Positions 34,164-44,445 are shown, numbered from the stretch's first letter. The stretch: DNA of 60,841 bases from an uncultured Candidatus Saccharibacteria bacterium (GCA_964372635.1 CAYJQW010000006.1:1-60841); one strand, 5' to 3'. Translations and numbers: made by a program. The notes: generated from the sequence alone by a model not told the origin.

Positions 34164-35417
34164 ATGTCACAATTTGTTATTAAAGGTGGCCAACCTTTGC
34201 ACGGGAATATAAAAGTTTTGGGCTCTAAAAATGCTGCCCTAGCCTTGCTTTCAGCGACTCTATTATCAGCCGAAACCAGTACTCTGAAAAACATTCCGGA
34301 CATTTCTGATGTTGAAAATATGATTCATATTTTTAAGGCCATGGGAGTTCATATTAAGCGCGAAAAGGACCAAGTAGATATTAATGCTGCCCATATTGAT
34401 CCAAAAAAAATGCCACCCGATAAAGTTGGCTTATTGCGGGGGTCGATATTATTACTAGGTGCACTACTTGGACGAAATCGTCAAGTGTCACTGCCTCTGC
34501 CCGGCGGTGATATTATTGGGGCTAGACCGATAGATGTTCATCTTGATGCGTTCCGACAACTCGGCGCTGTGGTTACAACTGATGACGGTGGCATCCATGT
34601 CGACGGCGCAAATTTAAAGCCAGGACGAGTTATCTTGAGCGAATTTTCTGTAACGGCTACGGAAAATACAATGCTGGTTGCCGCTGGTTTACCTGGAACC
34701 ACCACCATTGAAATTGCCGCGGCGGAGCCACATGTTCGTGCTCTAGCCGATATCCTTAACTTAATGGGTGCTCGTGTCAACGGTGGCGGAACTCATACTA
34801 TTGTGATAGAGGGTACAACTGGCCTGACCGGAGCAGACTTCACCAATATACCGGACATACTTGAAGCTGGTTTCTTTATTTTACTAGGCGCGGTCACAAA
34901 ATCAGATTTAACTATTCATAATGTACCCACGACTGATATGCTTTTGTTTATGAAAAAACTTTATGACATAGGACTCGACTATAATGTCGCGGCTGACTCT
35001 GTTCATGTCCGTCCATCTGAGCTCAAGCAATTTAAAGTACAGACTCTACCGCAGCCTGGTATCGCCACTGATCTGCAAGCGCCTTTTTCGGTCGTTGCCA
35101 CCCAGGCAGATGGTACTAGCCTGATCCACGATCCAATGTATGAAAGCCGGTTTCGCCACTGTGATGAATTGACAAAAATGGGTGCAGTAATTACAGTTTG
35201 CGATCCACATCGCGTGATTATCCAAGGGCCGACACTATTACACGGGCGTCACATCAAAAGCCTCGATATTCGCTCAGGAGCAACTCTGATAATGGCTGGT
35301 CTAGTAGCTAGCGGTGAAACAATTATCGACGATGCTGAAATTATTGATCGTGGATACGAAAACTTGGATTATCGCTTGCGGCAGGTGGAGGCAGATATTA
35401 AACGTATCGAGGCATAA
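34164..35417 (+). CDS. murA: UDP-N-acetylglucosamine 1-carboxyvinyltransferase
   Basis: FVIKGGQPLHGNIKVLGSKNAALALL start, GGDIIGARPID loop region, 417 aa. Confidence 0.9.
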   Translation: MSQFVIKGGQPLHGNIKVLGSKNAALALLSATLLSAETSTLKNIPDISDVENMIHIFKAMGVHIKREKDQVDINAAHIDPKKMPPDKVGLLRGSILLLGALLGRNRQVSLPLPGGDIIGARPIDVHLDAFRQLGAVVTTDDGGIHVDGANLKPGRVILSEFSVTATENTMLVAAGLPGTTTIEIAAAEPHVRALADILNLMGARVNGGGTHTIVIEGTTGLTGADFTNIPDILEAGFFILLGAVTKSDLTIHNVPTTDMLLFMKKLYDIGLDYNVAADSVHVRPSELKQFKVQTLPQPGIATDLQAPFSVVATQADGTSLIHDPMYESRFRHCDELTKMGAVITVCDPHRVIIQGPTLLHGRHIKSLDIRSGATLIMAGLVASGETIIDDAEIIDRGYENLDYRLRQVEADIKRIEA

Positions 35418-35471
35418 ATACAATTGTGCCTTTCTTGAGGCTAATGCTAAATTGACGCACACTATCATGAC

Positions 35472-36482
35472 ATGAGAGTAACCAGAAAAATAGCCATCGA
35501 CCTTGGTACGACTAATACCCTCATCTATGTTCCACGCGAGGGTATCGTGCTCAATGAGCCATCTGTGGTCGCGGTGTCAACGCTTGAAAACGCGGTTCTG
35601 GCTATTGGTAATGAGGCAAAGAACATGATTGGAAGAACACCAGAGACGATCGTTGCCCACCGGCCTTTACGCGACGGAGTTATTGCGGATTATAGAGTCA
35701 CGGAAGCAATGCTGCGATATCTCATTAAGAAAACTGGTGCTTCAGTCCGTTTCCTGCGCCCCGAAGTATTAGTATCAGTACCAGCAGGAATTACTAGCAC
35801 TGAGCGACGGGCCGTTGTTGATGCAACCCTCTCGGCTGGAGCTAAGGCTGCCTATCTTATTAAGGAACCTATTGCGGCCGCCATCGGCGCCGGTATCCCG
35901 ATAGGTGAGAGCTCGGGACACATGATAGTTGATATTGGTGGCGGTACGACAGAAGTTGCCGTGATAGCCCTAGGTGGAATAGTCACTGCACACTCAGCTC
36001 GTATTGGTGGTAACAGATTTGATGAATCAATTATTGATCATACTAGAAAGCGTTATGGTCTTGTCATTGGTGAACAGACTGCCGAACATATTAAAAAAAC
36101 TATTGGTTCTGCAGTTCTTGAGGAAGAATCCAAAACGATGGCCATCAGGGGACGTGATATGGCATCGGGATTACCAAAAGAAATTATTATTTCCTCGGCG
36201 GAAATTACGGAGGCTCTTCGCAATCCACTTGACGAGGTAATCTTAGCGATTAAACAAGTGTTACAGGAAACACCTCCTGAACTAGCCGCGGATGTAATCG
36301 ATACCGGTATTGTTATTAGCGGTGGTGGTGCTCTCCTGAGAAATATTGATCAACTGATTACGCGGGCAACAAGTGTGACTTCCTATATCGCTGATGATCC
36401 ACTAGTCTGTGTAGTCAAGGGTGCCGGAGCAGCCCTCGAGAATCTTGATTCTTACAAGAGAAGTGTGCTCTTGAGTAAATGA
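35472..36482 (+). CDS. mreB: rod-shape determining actin homolog MreB (copy 1)
   Basis: IAIDLGTTNTLIYV, RPLRDGVIADY, MIVDIGGGTTEVAVI, GIVISGGGALLRNID. Confidence 0.88.
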   Translation: MRVTRKIAIDLGTTNTLIYVPREGIVLNEPSVVAVSTLENAVLAIGNEAKNMIGRTPETIVAHRPLRDGVIADYRVTEAMLRYLIKKTGASVRFLRPEVLVSVPAGITSTERRAVVDATLSAGAKAAYLIKEPIAAAIGAGIPIGESSGHMIVDIGGGTTEVAVIALGGIVTAHSARIGGNRFDESIIDHTRKRYGLVIGEQTAEHIKKTIGSAVLEEESKTMAIRGRDMASGLPKEIIISSAEITEALRNPLDEVILAIKQVLQETPPELAADVIDTGIVISGGGALLRNIDQLITRATSVTSYIADDPLVCVVKGAGAALENLDSYKRSVLLSK

Positions 36483-36494
36483 GCGCGCTTTTTT
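36463..36494 (+). terminator. rho-independent terminator overlapping the mreB-1 stop
   Basis: Stem GTGTGCTC/GAGCGCGC (8 bp including two G-U pairs), 10-nt loop, then TTTTTT. A second hairpin CCAAGTGG/CCACTTGG follows at 36499-36524 without a T-tract. Confidence 0.55.
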
Positions 36495-36684
36495 AAAACC
36501 AAGTGGCCCATATTGTCCACTTGGCATTGAGCAGGAGTTAAGTGGCTGGGCTATTATTTCGGAAAACTATATCAACCAATAAGCTGGACTGAACAATAAA
36601 ATTAATTTGTTTTAAGGAAAAGACGTGCTTGTACCTAATAACGTCGGGCTTGCTACTAAAAGATGATTATGAGATTGTGACTCG

Positions 36685-37827
36685 ATGTCTATACAGGGGG
36701 AGTACAAAATAGCTCTAATACATGATGAGTTAACAAGACGCGGCGGAGCCGAAATTGTCTTTGAAGAATTGATCAGGCTGTTCCCGCAGGCTGATATTTA
36801 TGCACTTTATGCCGGTAAGCCAATGATTAAGGTTTCAAATGTGACGAGAAGAGTTGAAACAACTTTTCTACAAAGTTTTCCAATTTGGTTTAGACGCCAT
36901 CCTCGCAGACTCTTGCCACTTTTGCCTTTGGCGGCCGAACAACTAGATTTTTCTCGATATGATGTTGTGATCAGCTCAGCGAGCGGTTTTGTGAAAAACA
37001 TAATAACGAGAGCAAACGTGCCCCATGTTTGCTATTGTCATACACCGCCCCGATATCTTTGGGAAGACACTCAGGCAGCGTTGAGACGGGTGCCGCGCTG
37101 GAGTCGTTTGCCTGCCCAGGTTGTTCTACATGTTTTGCGTTTGTTTGATTACGCAGCTGCCCAACGAGTTGATTCCTACATTGCAAACTCAGCCTGGACA
37201 CGAGATCGAATTGAAACATACTATGGTCGCAACAGCACAGTGATTTCACCACCAATTGATACAACTTTTTTTACACCAGGCAGAAGAAGTGCTGAAAGTC
37301 GGAGACAAAAGCCATTCTTGTGCGTAGGACGACTGACACCAGCAAAACGATTTGAGCAAGCTATAATTGCCTGTGAAAAACTGGAGCTGCCGCTTGTCAT
37401 TGTTGGCAGCGGCGATCATCGTTCCAATCTAGAGAAGATAGCGGGCCGCCACACACGTTTTGTCGGTCGCCTTAGTCGCGAGGAACTAAGGTCATATTAT
37501 CGATCAGCTAGGGCCCTATTACAGCCCGGCGAGGAGGATTTTGGGATGGCAGCAGTCGAGGCCTTGGCCTGCGGCACACCTGTGATTGCATGTGGTATTG
37601 GAGCAGCTAAGGAAATAGTTGAATCTCCTACGACTGGTCTTACATACAAACTGCCACGTGTTGAAGCGCTCGCTGAAGCTATTCGTCGGTTTATAACTAC
37701 TATCGAAGTGAAAGTAGATCGTGAAGCGATGCAGCGTAAAGCTTTCAGCTTCAGCAAAATTCGTTGGCAGCAGGCAATCATGCGACATGTTGATGAGGTT
37801 ATGACTGTGACTCACTTGCGTAAGTGA
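36685..37827 (+). CDS. glycosyltransferase family 4
   Basis: KIALIHDELTRRGGAE N-terminus and EEDFGMAAVEALACGTPVIA (E-x7-E). Confidence 0.8.
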   Translation: MSIQGEYKIALIHDELTRRGGAEIVFEELIRLFPQADIYALYAGKPMIKVSNVTRRVETTFLQSFPIWFRRHPRRLLPLLPLAAEQLDFSRYDVVISSASGFVKNIITRANVPHVCYCHTPPRYLWEDTQAALRRVPRWSRLPAQVVLHVLRLFDYAAAQRVDSYIANSAWTRDRIETYYGRNSTVISPPIDTTFFTPGRRSAESRRQKPFLCVGRLTPAKRFEQAIIACEKLELPLVIVGSGDHRSNLEKIAGRHTRFVGRLSREELRSYYRSARALLQPGEEDFGMAAVEALACGTPVIACGIGAAKEIVESPTTGLTYKLPRVEALAEAIRRFITTIEVKVDREAMQRKAFSFSKIRWQQAIMRHVDEVMTVTHLRK

Positions 37828-37851
37828 TATACTGCCGTAAGATTCGAAGTG

Positions 37852-38160
37852 ATGCTGTACTCGTTGCAGACAACCAACCTTAAATTAAGTGACACAGACC
37901 GTAATCTTCTCGATAAAAAAATGGAGCGCCTTGAGAAATATATAGAATCACCATTTAACGTGAAAATCAGGCTTATTCACGATACCCATCACACCAAGGG
38001 CAACACCATAACTTGTATTATTAATATTGCTCATGACAAGAGAGTATTTCACGCGGAACGTACTGCGGAAACAGTTAATAATGCCCTGGACAAATCAGTC
38101 AGGGCAATTACCTCTGAACTGATAAAACACCATCAAAAACGCCACCGCTGGAGTCGCTAA
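37852..38160 (+). CDS. hpf: ribosome hibernation factor, short HPF/RaiA type
   Basis: The ~100-aa sigma-54-modulation/S30EA fold pattern (L..T.+NL.LSD..R..+.KK+.+LEKY) and the conserved position directly upstream of secA. Confidence 0.7.
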   Translation: MLYSLQTTNLKLSDTDRNLLDKKMERLEKYIESPFNVKIRLIHDTHHTKGNTITCIINIAHDKRVFHAERTAETVNNALDKSVRAITSELIKHHQKRHRWSR

Positions 38161-38174
38161 CTAAGCACCAAAGC

Positions 38175-38203
38175 TGGACGATAGAGGATATCATGGGTAT
38201 TGT
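38175..38203 (+). promoter_or_regulatory. secA promoter, leaderless geometry
   Basis: TGGACG (38175-38180), 17 nt, TATTGT (38198-38203). The -10 ends 6 nt before ATG 38210. Confidence 0.45.
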
Positions 38204-38209
38204 AGCGGA

Positions 38210-40849
38210 ATGATATTTAAACGAATACTAGGCGGCAAAAGTCGTCATGAACGCGCCGCGGATGCTTATAAGACTGAAGTTATCGCCGTCAACTCGAGAG
38301 CCGTTGACTTTGAAAAACTTTCTGACAATGAGCTCAAGCAAAAGGCCCTGCAATACCAAGGAAAAGAGTTTGCTGAAATTAGGACTCATGTCGCTGATGT
38401 CTATGCAGCCGCTCGAGAGGCAGCACGGCGAACTATAAAAATGCGTCATTTTGATGTGCAAATAACCGGCGGTTTAGTGCTTCTAGATAAAGCGATTGCC
38501 GAGATGAAAACAGGTGAGGGTAAAACTTTAGCAGCTACTTTACCCCTAACTTTACATGCTTTAACTGGACAAGGAGCACATCTGGTGACCGTTAATGACT
38601 ACTTAGCAAGTCGGGATGCCGATTGGATGCGACCTGTTTACGAATTTTTTGGGTTTTCTGTTGGTACAGTCATTTCAGGACAATCACCTGATACAAAACG
38701 TCTGGAATATGCTGCCGATATCACCTATGGCACGAATAACGAGTTTGGGTTTGATTATCTACGAGATAATATGGCGGTAAATGTCGAACAAATAGTTCAA
38801 CGTGGCCTGAACTATGCCATTGTAGACGAGGTAGACAGCATCTTAATAGATGAGGCACGCACACCCTTAATTATTTCGGCGCCAGACGCCGAATCGACTA
38901 AATTATATCAGCGCTTTTCTCAATTAATTCCGCAGTTGATCGAAGACACACACTATAATATCGACGAAAAGCGCCGAGCGGCGACATTGACTGATCAGGG
39001 GGTTACCAAAGCAGAACAAATGCTGGGCATTGATAATTTATATACCGAAGGGGGAATTCGTTTGGTACACCATCTCGAGCAAGCACTTCGAGCCCAAACT
39101 CTTTTTTCTAAAGATAAAGACTACGTCGTGAAGAATGGGCAGGTCATTATTGTCGATGAATTCACGGGGCGCCTAATGCCGGGTCGTCGTTTTTCTGAAG
39201 GACTTCACCAAGCCCTGGAGGCCAAAGAACGTGTTGCGGTGCAACAAGAAAGTCGAACCCTGGCCACGATAACATTTCAAAATTTCTTTCGTTTGTATGA
39301 ACATTTGGCTGGTATGACCGGGACGGCGGTAACCAGTGCTGAGGAATTTGAAAAAGTATATAATCTCGACGTGGTGGTTGTACCAACAAACCAGATAATG
39401 GTCCGTCATGATAAGCCTGATCGGATTTACGCCACGGAAGAAGCAAAATATCGGGCCTGTGTAGCGGAAATTAAAAGTCGTCACAACGAACATCAACCGG
39501 TCTTAGTAGGCACAATCGCGATTGAAAAATCGGAAAAGTTGTCGGCTATGCTGACTCACGAGGGAGTGCCACATGAAGTTTTAAATGCTAAGCACCACGA
39601 ACGTGAAGCGGAAATTATTGCCAAAGCGGGACACAACAGTGCGGTAACAATTTCAACTAATATGGCAGGTCGTGGCACTGACATTAAACTTGGGGAAGGT
39701 GTCGCTGAACTTGGTGGTCTTTTTGTTCTAGGCACAGAGCGCCACGAGGCACGCCGCATTGATAACCAGCTTCGAGGACGAGCAGGTCGCCAGGGAGATA
39801 AAGGTGCAACTCAGTTTTTTGTTAGTCTTGAAGATGATGTCATGCGCATTTTTGGCGGTGACCGCATTAAAAATATTATGCAGCGCCTAAAGGTGCCCGA
39901 AGATGAGCCCATTGAGAATAAACTTTTAAGTCGAGCTTTAGAAGGAGCACAGGAGCGAGTTGAAGGACACTACTTTGATGCTCGTAAGCAAGTTCTCGCT
40001 TACGATGACGTTCTCAATCGTCAGCGAAATGCAATTTACACCCTCCGTCGAGGAATCTTACTCCATTCGAAATGGCAGGAGGCAGATCAAGAAGAAGAAT
40101 CCCTACATCAACATGTAAAAAATTTGCTGGCCTTACAAACTACGTCTATTGTCTCCGCTCATACTGGTGAAGGGCAGCCCGAGAAATGGAATCTTACAGA
40201 GATCTCAGAAGTGATCGGGACCCTGACCGGAGAGAAACCCAGTGAAATTTTATCTGACCTACAAAATTCTCGCGCTGAGGCTTTGCCAGATGGGCCCCTC
40301 AAGGCTCAGGAAAATGTAAAAAAAGTCGTCACTAATCGTTTGCTGACCCGTTTATCAGAACGTGAGCAGGAATTTGGACTTGATGCTCTGCTTTCTCTGG
40401 AAAAGGCAGCAGCAATAAGATCTCTTGATATCCACTGGATGGATCATTTGGATACGATGGATTATTTACGTACCGGTATAGGTTTACGCGGCTATGGTCA
40501 ACGCGATCCTTTGGTCGAATACCAAAAGGAAGGCTACCAGTTATTTCAACAGTTACTCTTTACGATCAAGACTTCCATTGTTGAAACGATTTTCAAAGCT
40601 GAAGCTATCCAACAAAGACGAGAGGAGGGTCAAGCACAGCATGCTTCAGTGATTGCACCCCACCGCATTGGCAATGATATTAATGACACTTTTGTTAACA
40701 CTAACGATCCCACTAAAGCGTCAAGGCACGCTAAACCTTTGGCAAATCAGTTCAAAAATATCGGGCGCAATGATCCGTGTTGGTGTGGTTCTGGGTTGAA
40801 GTATAAACGCTGTGGTCTGATCAATTCACCGCAACACAAGCCACGCTAG
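38210..40849 (+). CDS. secA: preprotein translocase ATPase SecA
   Basis: MKTGEGKTL Walker A, IVDEVDSILIDEARTPLIIS, TNMAGRGTDI, and the C-terminal zinc motif CWCGSGLKYKRCG. Confidence 0.95.
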   Translation: MIFKRILGGKSRHERAADAYKTEVIAVNSRAVDFEKLSDNELKQKALQYQGKEFAEIRTHVADVYAAAREAARRTIKMRHFDVQITGGLVLLDKAIAEMKTGEGKTLAATLPLTLHALTGQGAHLVTVNDYLASRDADWMRPVYEFFGFSVGTVISGQSPDTKRLEYAADITYGTNNEFGFDYLRDNMAVNVEQIVQRGLNYAIVDEVDSILIDEARTPLIISAPDAESTKLYQRFSQLIPQLIEDTHYNIDEKRRAATLTDQGVTKAEQMLGIDNLYTEGGIRLVHHLEQALRAQTLFSKDKDYVVKNGQVIIVDEFTGRLMPGRRFSEGLHQALEAKERVAVQQESRTLATITFQNFFRLYEHLAGMTGTAVTSAEEFEKVYNLDVVVVPTNQIMVRHDKPDRIYATEEAKYRACVAEIKSRHNEHQPVLVGTIAIEKSEKLSAMLTHEGVPHEVLNAKHHEREAEIIAKAGHNSAVTISTNMAGRGTDIKLGEGVAELGGLFVLGTERHEARRIDNQLRGRAGRQGDKGATQFFVSLEDDVMRIFGGDRIKNIMQRLKVPEDEPIENKLLSRALEGAQERVEGHYFDARKQVLAYDDVLNRQRNAIYTLRRGILLHSKWQEADQEEESLHQHVKNLLALQTTSIVSAHTGEGQPEKWNLTEISEVIGTLTGEKPSEILSDLQNSRAEALPDGPLKAQENVKKVVTNRLLTRLSEREQEFGLDALLSLEKAAAIRSLDIHWMDHLDTMDYLRTGIGLRGYGQRDPLVEYQKEGYQLFQQLLFTIKTSIVETIFKAEAIQQRREEGQAQHASVIAPHRIGNDINDTFVNTNDPTKASRHAKPLANQFKNIGRNDPCWCGSGLKYKRCGLINSPQHKPR

Positions 40850-40945
40850 AGTTGTATTCTAAAGCCGGTATTGATAAAAATAATTTTCTGATTTTCGATT
40901 AATATATAGTTAGTCCCCGAAAGCAAAGCTTTTAGCAATATCGGC

Positions 40946-40974
40946 TTCACGTCACCGGTCGCTCTCGCTATAGT
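40946..40974 (+). promoter_or_regulatory. secD promoter, leaderless geometry
   Basis: TTCACG (40946-40951), 17 nt, TATAGT (40969-40974). The -10 ends 6 nt before ATG 40981. Confidence 0.45.
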
Positions 40975-40980
40975 AAGTGA

Positions 40981-42324
40981 ATGATCCAAAAGCGATATAC
41001 TCAGCTGTTACTGCTAACAACAATTACGCTGGCTGGCTTGGCTATTTGGATCGACGGGCCATATCACCCCTCTCTTAGCGCTGGGTCTTGGTATCGTGAT
41101 CTAAACATTAAACTTGGCTTGGATTTACGCGGAGGGTCTCATCTTATTTATCGCGCTGATGTGGCCGGTATTAACGAAGCCGAGCAGGCAGATGCCCTGG
41201 CTGGTGTTAGAGATGTAATCGAGCGCCGAGTTAACACTTTTGGCGTATCGGAACCTAATGTACAAACGAATAGAGTTGGCGATGAACAGCGAATCATTGT
41301 TGAGCTGGCAGGAGTCTTTGATATTAAAGAAGCGATTGCATTGATTGGTGCCACCCCTCAACTTGATTTTCGTCGTGAGGCCTTAACAGCAGAATCTCCC
41401 CAGCAATTAAATATTGATGCACAGAATTCACTGCCTGGACCTATTTTCGAGAGAACAGAATTGACAGGTAAACATCTTCAGCGAGCAACAGTATCATTTG
41501 ATCAATTGACCGGCACACCAGCAGTTAATTTAGAATTTGACAAGGAAGGATCCGAGCTCTTTTCTACCTTAACACGTGATAATATTGGTAAACGACTGGC
41601 TATCTATCTTGATGGCGTGCCGATAAGTGCACCTATCGTTCAAGCCGAGATCAATAATGGTCGGGCGGTTATTTCCGGCGGTTTTTCAATCGAAGAGGCC
41701 CGACAATTAACACAGCGGTTGAATGCTGGCGCCTTGCCAATTCCGATAGAATTGATCGGCCAGCTCACGATTGGTCCAGCTTTAGGAGCACAAGCCATTG
41801 AAGACAGTGTTATTGCTGGAACTATTGGATTTGCTTCCGTCATAATTTGGATGCTTGTTTTTTACCGCCTCCCTGGAATTGTTGCTTCAGTATCTCTAAC
41901 CCTATATGTGATTTTGTTTTTGGCAGTTGTCAAGATAATTCCCGTCACGTTAACTTTAGCAGGTATTGCTGGATTCATTCTTTCGATTGGAATGGCCGTT
42001 GATGCAAATGTTTTGATTTTTGAGCGTTTCCGCGAGAATTTACGATTGGGACGCAGTATATCTTATGCTCTGCAAAATGGTTTTACACAGGCTTGGAGCT
42101 CAATCTGGGCTTCAAATGTTTCAAGTTTAATGACTGCTCTGATTTTGTTTGGTTTTGGTACTTCAATAATTCGTGGTTTCGCACTCACATATTCTCTGGG
42201 TATTGTCCTGTCGATGTTTACGACAATTACGATCGCTAAAGTACTTTTGACGATCGCCTTGCAATACAAGAGCCTGCACACCGCTTTTTGGCTGTCAGCC
42301 AGGCCAGTATTTATTAAAAAGTAA
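40981..42324 (+). CDS. secD: protein translocase subunit SecD
   Basis: LGLDLRGGSHLIY periplasmic head and a C-terminal 6-TM bundle (GIAGFILSIGMAVDANVLIFERFRE). Confidence 0.9.
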   Translation: MIQKRYTQLLLLTTITLAGLAIWIDGPYHPSLSAGSWYRDLNIKLGLDLRGGSHLIYRADVAGINEAEQADALAGVRDVIERRVNTFGVSEPNVQTNRVGDEQRIIVELAGVFDIKEAIALIGATPQLDFRREALTAESPQQLNIDAQNSLPGPIFERTELTGKHLQRATVSFDQLTGTPAVNLEFDKEGSELFSTLTRDNIGKRLAIYLDGVPISAPIVQAEINNGRAVISGGFSIEEARQLTQRLNAGALPIPIELIGQLTIGPALGAQAIEDSVIAGTIGFASVIIWMLVFYRLPGIVASVSLTLYVILFLAVVKIIPVTLTLAGIAGFILSIGMAVDANVLIFERFRENLRLGRSISYALQNGFTQAWSSIWASNVSSLMTALILFGFGTSIIRGFALTYSLGIVLSMFTTITIAKVLLTIALQYKSLHTAFWLSARPVFIKK

Positions 42325-42329
42325 TTTAT

Positions 42330-43196
42330 ATGCTGCAAAAACCAATACTGTGGCTCGGCATCAGCGCTGGTACTTTCCTGATTACTGTTGCCCTCATTGC
42401 ACTCTTTCCGCCGGTCTTCGGTATCGACTTCACCGGAGGTTCCCTAATTGAGTTTGCATCACCAAGTTCACCAGTAAATGTTCGCACCTATCTGCTCGAA
42501 CATGAAGGATTGGCAGTTTTTGTCCAAGCAACTGGACAAGGTTCTCTATTGCTTCGCAGCGAACTTTTATCTGCCGACCGTCACCAGTCAATCATTGATC
42601 AATTACGTGCCTCCGGAATGTTGACAGAGGAACTACGTTTTGAATCAATTGGCCCAACGATTGGGGCAGAATTGCAGCGTAAAGCCTGGTTAGGCCTGGC
42701 CAGTGCCATGGTGGCCATGATTATCTACCTTGCCTATACATTCCGTCAGATGTCCGGACTGATCACGTCATGGAAATTTGGTATCGCGGCAACGGTCGCT
42801 CTACTTCATGATGTCCTCGTTACTGTGGCAGCATTCTCGATATTACGCTCGTTCGGAGCAACGGTTGACACATTATTTATTACGGCACTGTTAGCCATCA
42901 TAGGTTATTCAGTTAATGACACGATTGTTTTCTTTGATCGCTTAAGAACCGAGTGGCTAAATAGCCATGAAAGAAATCTAATTACTGTTATGGATAAAGC
43001 GGCCAGAGCGACTCTTATCCGATCCCTGAACACTTCCCTGACAACAATCATTGTGTTGCTGGCCCTCCTTTTCTTCGGCGGTGAGACGATTAGATGGTTT
43101 GTCGTCGCCTTGACAGTTGGCGCCATATCTGGAACTTACTCCACGTTGTTTGTTGCGCCAGCAGTCCTGTATCTACTGACAAAGAAAGATCTATGA
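42330..43196 (+). CDS. secF: protein translocase subunit SecF
   Basis: GIDFTGGSLIEF, GYSVNDTIVFFDRLRE. Directly follows secD. Confidence 0.9.
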   Translation: MLQKPILWLGISAGTFLITVALIALFPPVFGIDFTGGSLIEFASPSSPVNVRTYLLEHEGLAVFVQATGQGSLLLRSELLSADRHQSIIDQLRASGMLTEELRFESIGPTIGAELQRKAWLGLASAMVAMIIYLAYTFRQMSGLITSWKFGIAATVALLHDVLVTVAAFSILRSFGATVDTLFITALLAIIGYSVNDTIVFFDRLRTEWLNSHERNLITVMDKAARATLIRSLNTSLTTIIVLLALLFFGGETIRWFVVALTVGAISGTYSTLFVAPAVLYLLTKKDL

Positions 43197-43846
43197 TCTC
43201 TAGTCTATCCAAATGGTTATCGAGCCAAGCAGAGGTGCCACCTCTACTGATTACTTGTCCTAGTGCTAAGGTCCTAGTTGAAACACAAATAGAGATGTCT
43301 AAGGCCGTCAAGAATAGCTACAATGTGCTAAGTGATACCCAGGCAATATCTATTAAATCTATACGCAAGGCAATTCACGCTTCAGTATATACAAGCTGGG
43401 ATGGTTTAAGAATTGTTTTTATAGCGCAAGCTGAACGCTTAAGCATTCCCGCTGCGCAAGCCCTGTTGAAAGTGCTCGAAGAGGCACCTAAAATGACCCG
43501 CTTCGTCCTGCTAACACGTTGGCCTGCTCGGCTTCTACCAACTATCCTGTCTCGCTGTCAAAGAATCAGGATTTCTGCGCGCTTTGTGCCGGTAATAAGG
43601 CAAGAGCTAGCCGGGGACAAAACACTACTCACACGTCTCGCTAGCACAACTAAGGATGGAATATCCGAAGAAGAACTTATTGAGATTGGCGACGCACTTC
43701 ACTGGCGGATAAAGAGCGGCCCACCAAGCCGACAACTGAGACGTGCATACTTACGCTTGCGTGATTATTACTTTATCGATTCCGTTAAGGGAAATCGTAG
43801 ATTGGCAGCCGATATACTAAATGCTTCCTTACCTTTAGTTACATAG
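43193..43846 (+). CDS. holB: DNA polymerase III delta-prime-like clamp-loader subunit (minimal, no P-loop)
   Basis: RIVFIAQAERLSIPAAQALLKVLEEAPKMTRFVLLT..LLPTILSRCQRIRI is the AAA+ sensor/SRC region of delta-prime. There is no GxxGxGK. Start chosen at the ATG in the ATGA overlap with the secF stop (Met34 of the track ORF), giving 217 aa. Confidence 0.6.
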   Translation: MISSLSKWLSSQAEVPPLLITCPSAKVLVETQIEMSKAVKNSYNVLSDTQAISIKSIRKAIHASVYTSWDGLRIVFIAQAERLSIPAAQALLKVLEEAPKMTRFVLLTRWPARLLPTILSRCQRIRISARFVPVIRQELAGDKTLLTRLASTTKDGISEEELIEIGDALHWRIKSGPPSRQLRRAYLRLRDYYFIDSVKGNRRLAADILNASLPLVT

Positions 43847-43849
43847 CAC

Positions 43850-43878
43850 TTGACCAAGGTCCTGAACAACACGACACT
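43850..43878 (+). promoter_or_regulatory. frr promoter, leaderless geometry
   Basis: TTGACC (43850-43855), 17 nt, GACACT (43873-43878). The -10 ends 6 nt before ATG 43885. Confidence 0.5.
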
Positions 43879-43884
43879 AATATT

Positions 43885-44445
43885 ATGTCTCTCGAGGTGA
43901 TTTACAAGAATTTCGATACGCAAGCAAAAGATGTCATCACTTGGTTCAGGCGTGAAATTTCTGGTCTGAGAACTAGCCGAGTCACCATTAATCTTATTGA
44001 GTCAATTCAGGTTGAACACTATGGTGCCCGAACGGCCTTGCTTGGCTTAGCTTCAATTTCTACGGCCGACGCTAGAACATTAATTATTTCCCCTTGGGAC
44101 ATATCGGCCATTCCTGCCATCGAGAAGGCTTTGACTCAGTCACAGCTTGGTGTCAATCCGGTCTTAGATGGAAAGATCATTCGCTTATCGTTTCCGGCGA
44201 TGTCTGAAGAAATGAGGAAGAAAATCATAAAACAGCTGCACCAGAAAGCGGAAGAAGCGCGAATAAGATTGCGTCAAGACCGTGATGAAGCTTTGGGAAA
44301 AATTAAAAGTGAGCAAAGAGCTGGTTCCCTAAGTGAAGATTCGTCTTATGCCGGAAAAAAAGTCCTAAATACTCGTATTGACTCATATAATAATGAGATT
44401 AGCCAAATCGTTAGTGGTAAAGAAGACGCGATTAATCAGATCTAG
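43885..44445 (+). CDS. frr: ribosome recycling factor
   Basis: 186 aa. ISGLRTSRVTINLIESIQVEHYG, ISPWD, LGVNPVLDGKIIRLSFPAMSEE. Confidence 0.92.
   Translation: MSLEVIYKNFDTQAKDVITWFRREISGLRTSRVTINLIESIQVEHYGARTALLGLASISTADARTLIISPWDISAIPAIEKALTQSQLGVNPVLDGKIIRLSFPAMSEEMRKKIIKQLHQKAEEARIRLRQDRDEALGKIKSEQRAGSLSEDSSYAGKKVLNTRIDSYNNEISQIVSGKEDAINQI

Noticed and set aside
36499-36524. 8-bp hairpin CCAAGTGG/CCACTTGG after mreB-1 as an independent regulatory RNA
   Set aside because: It has no T-tract and lies directly downstream of a better terminator (36463-36494). It is most simply a second, auxiliary terminator stem. There is not enough evidence for anything else.
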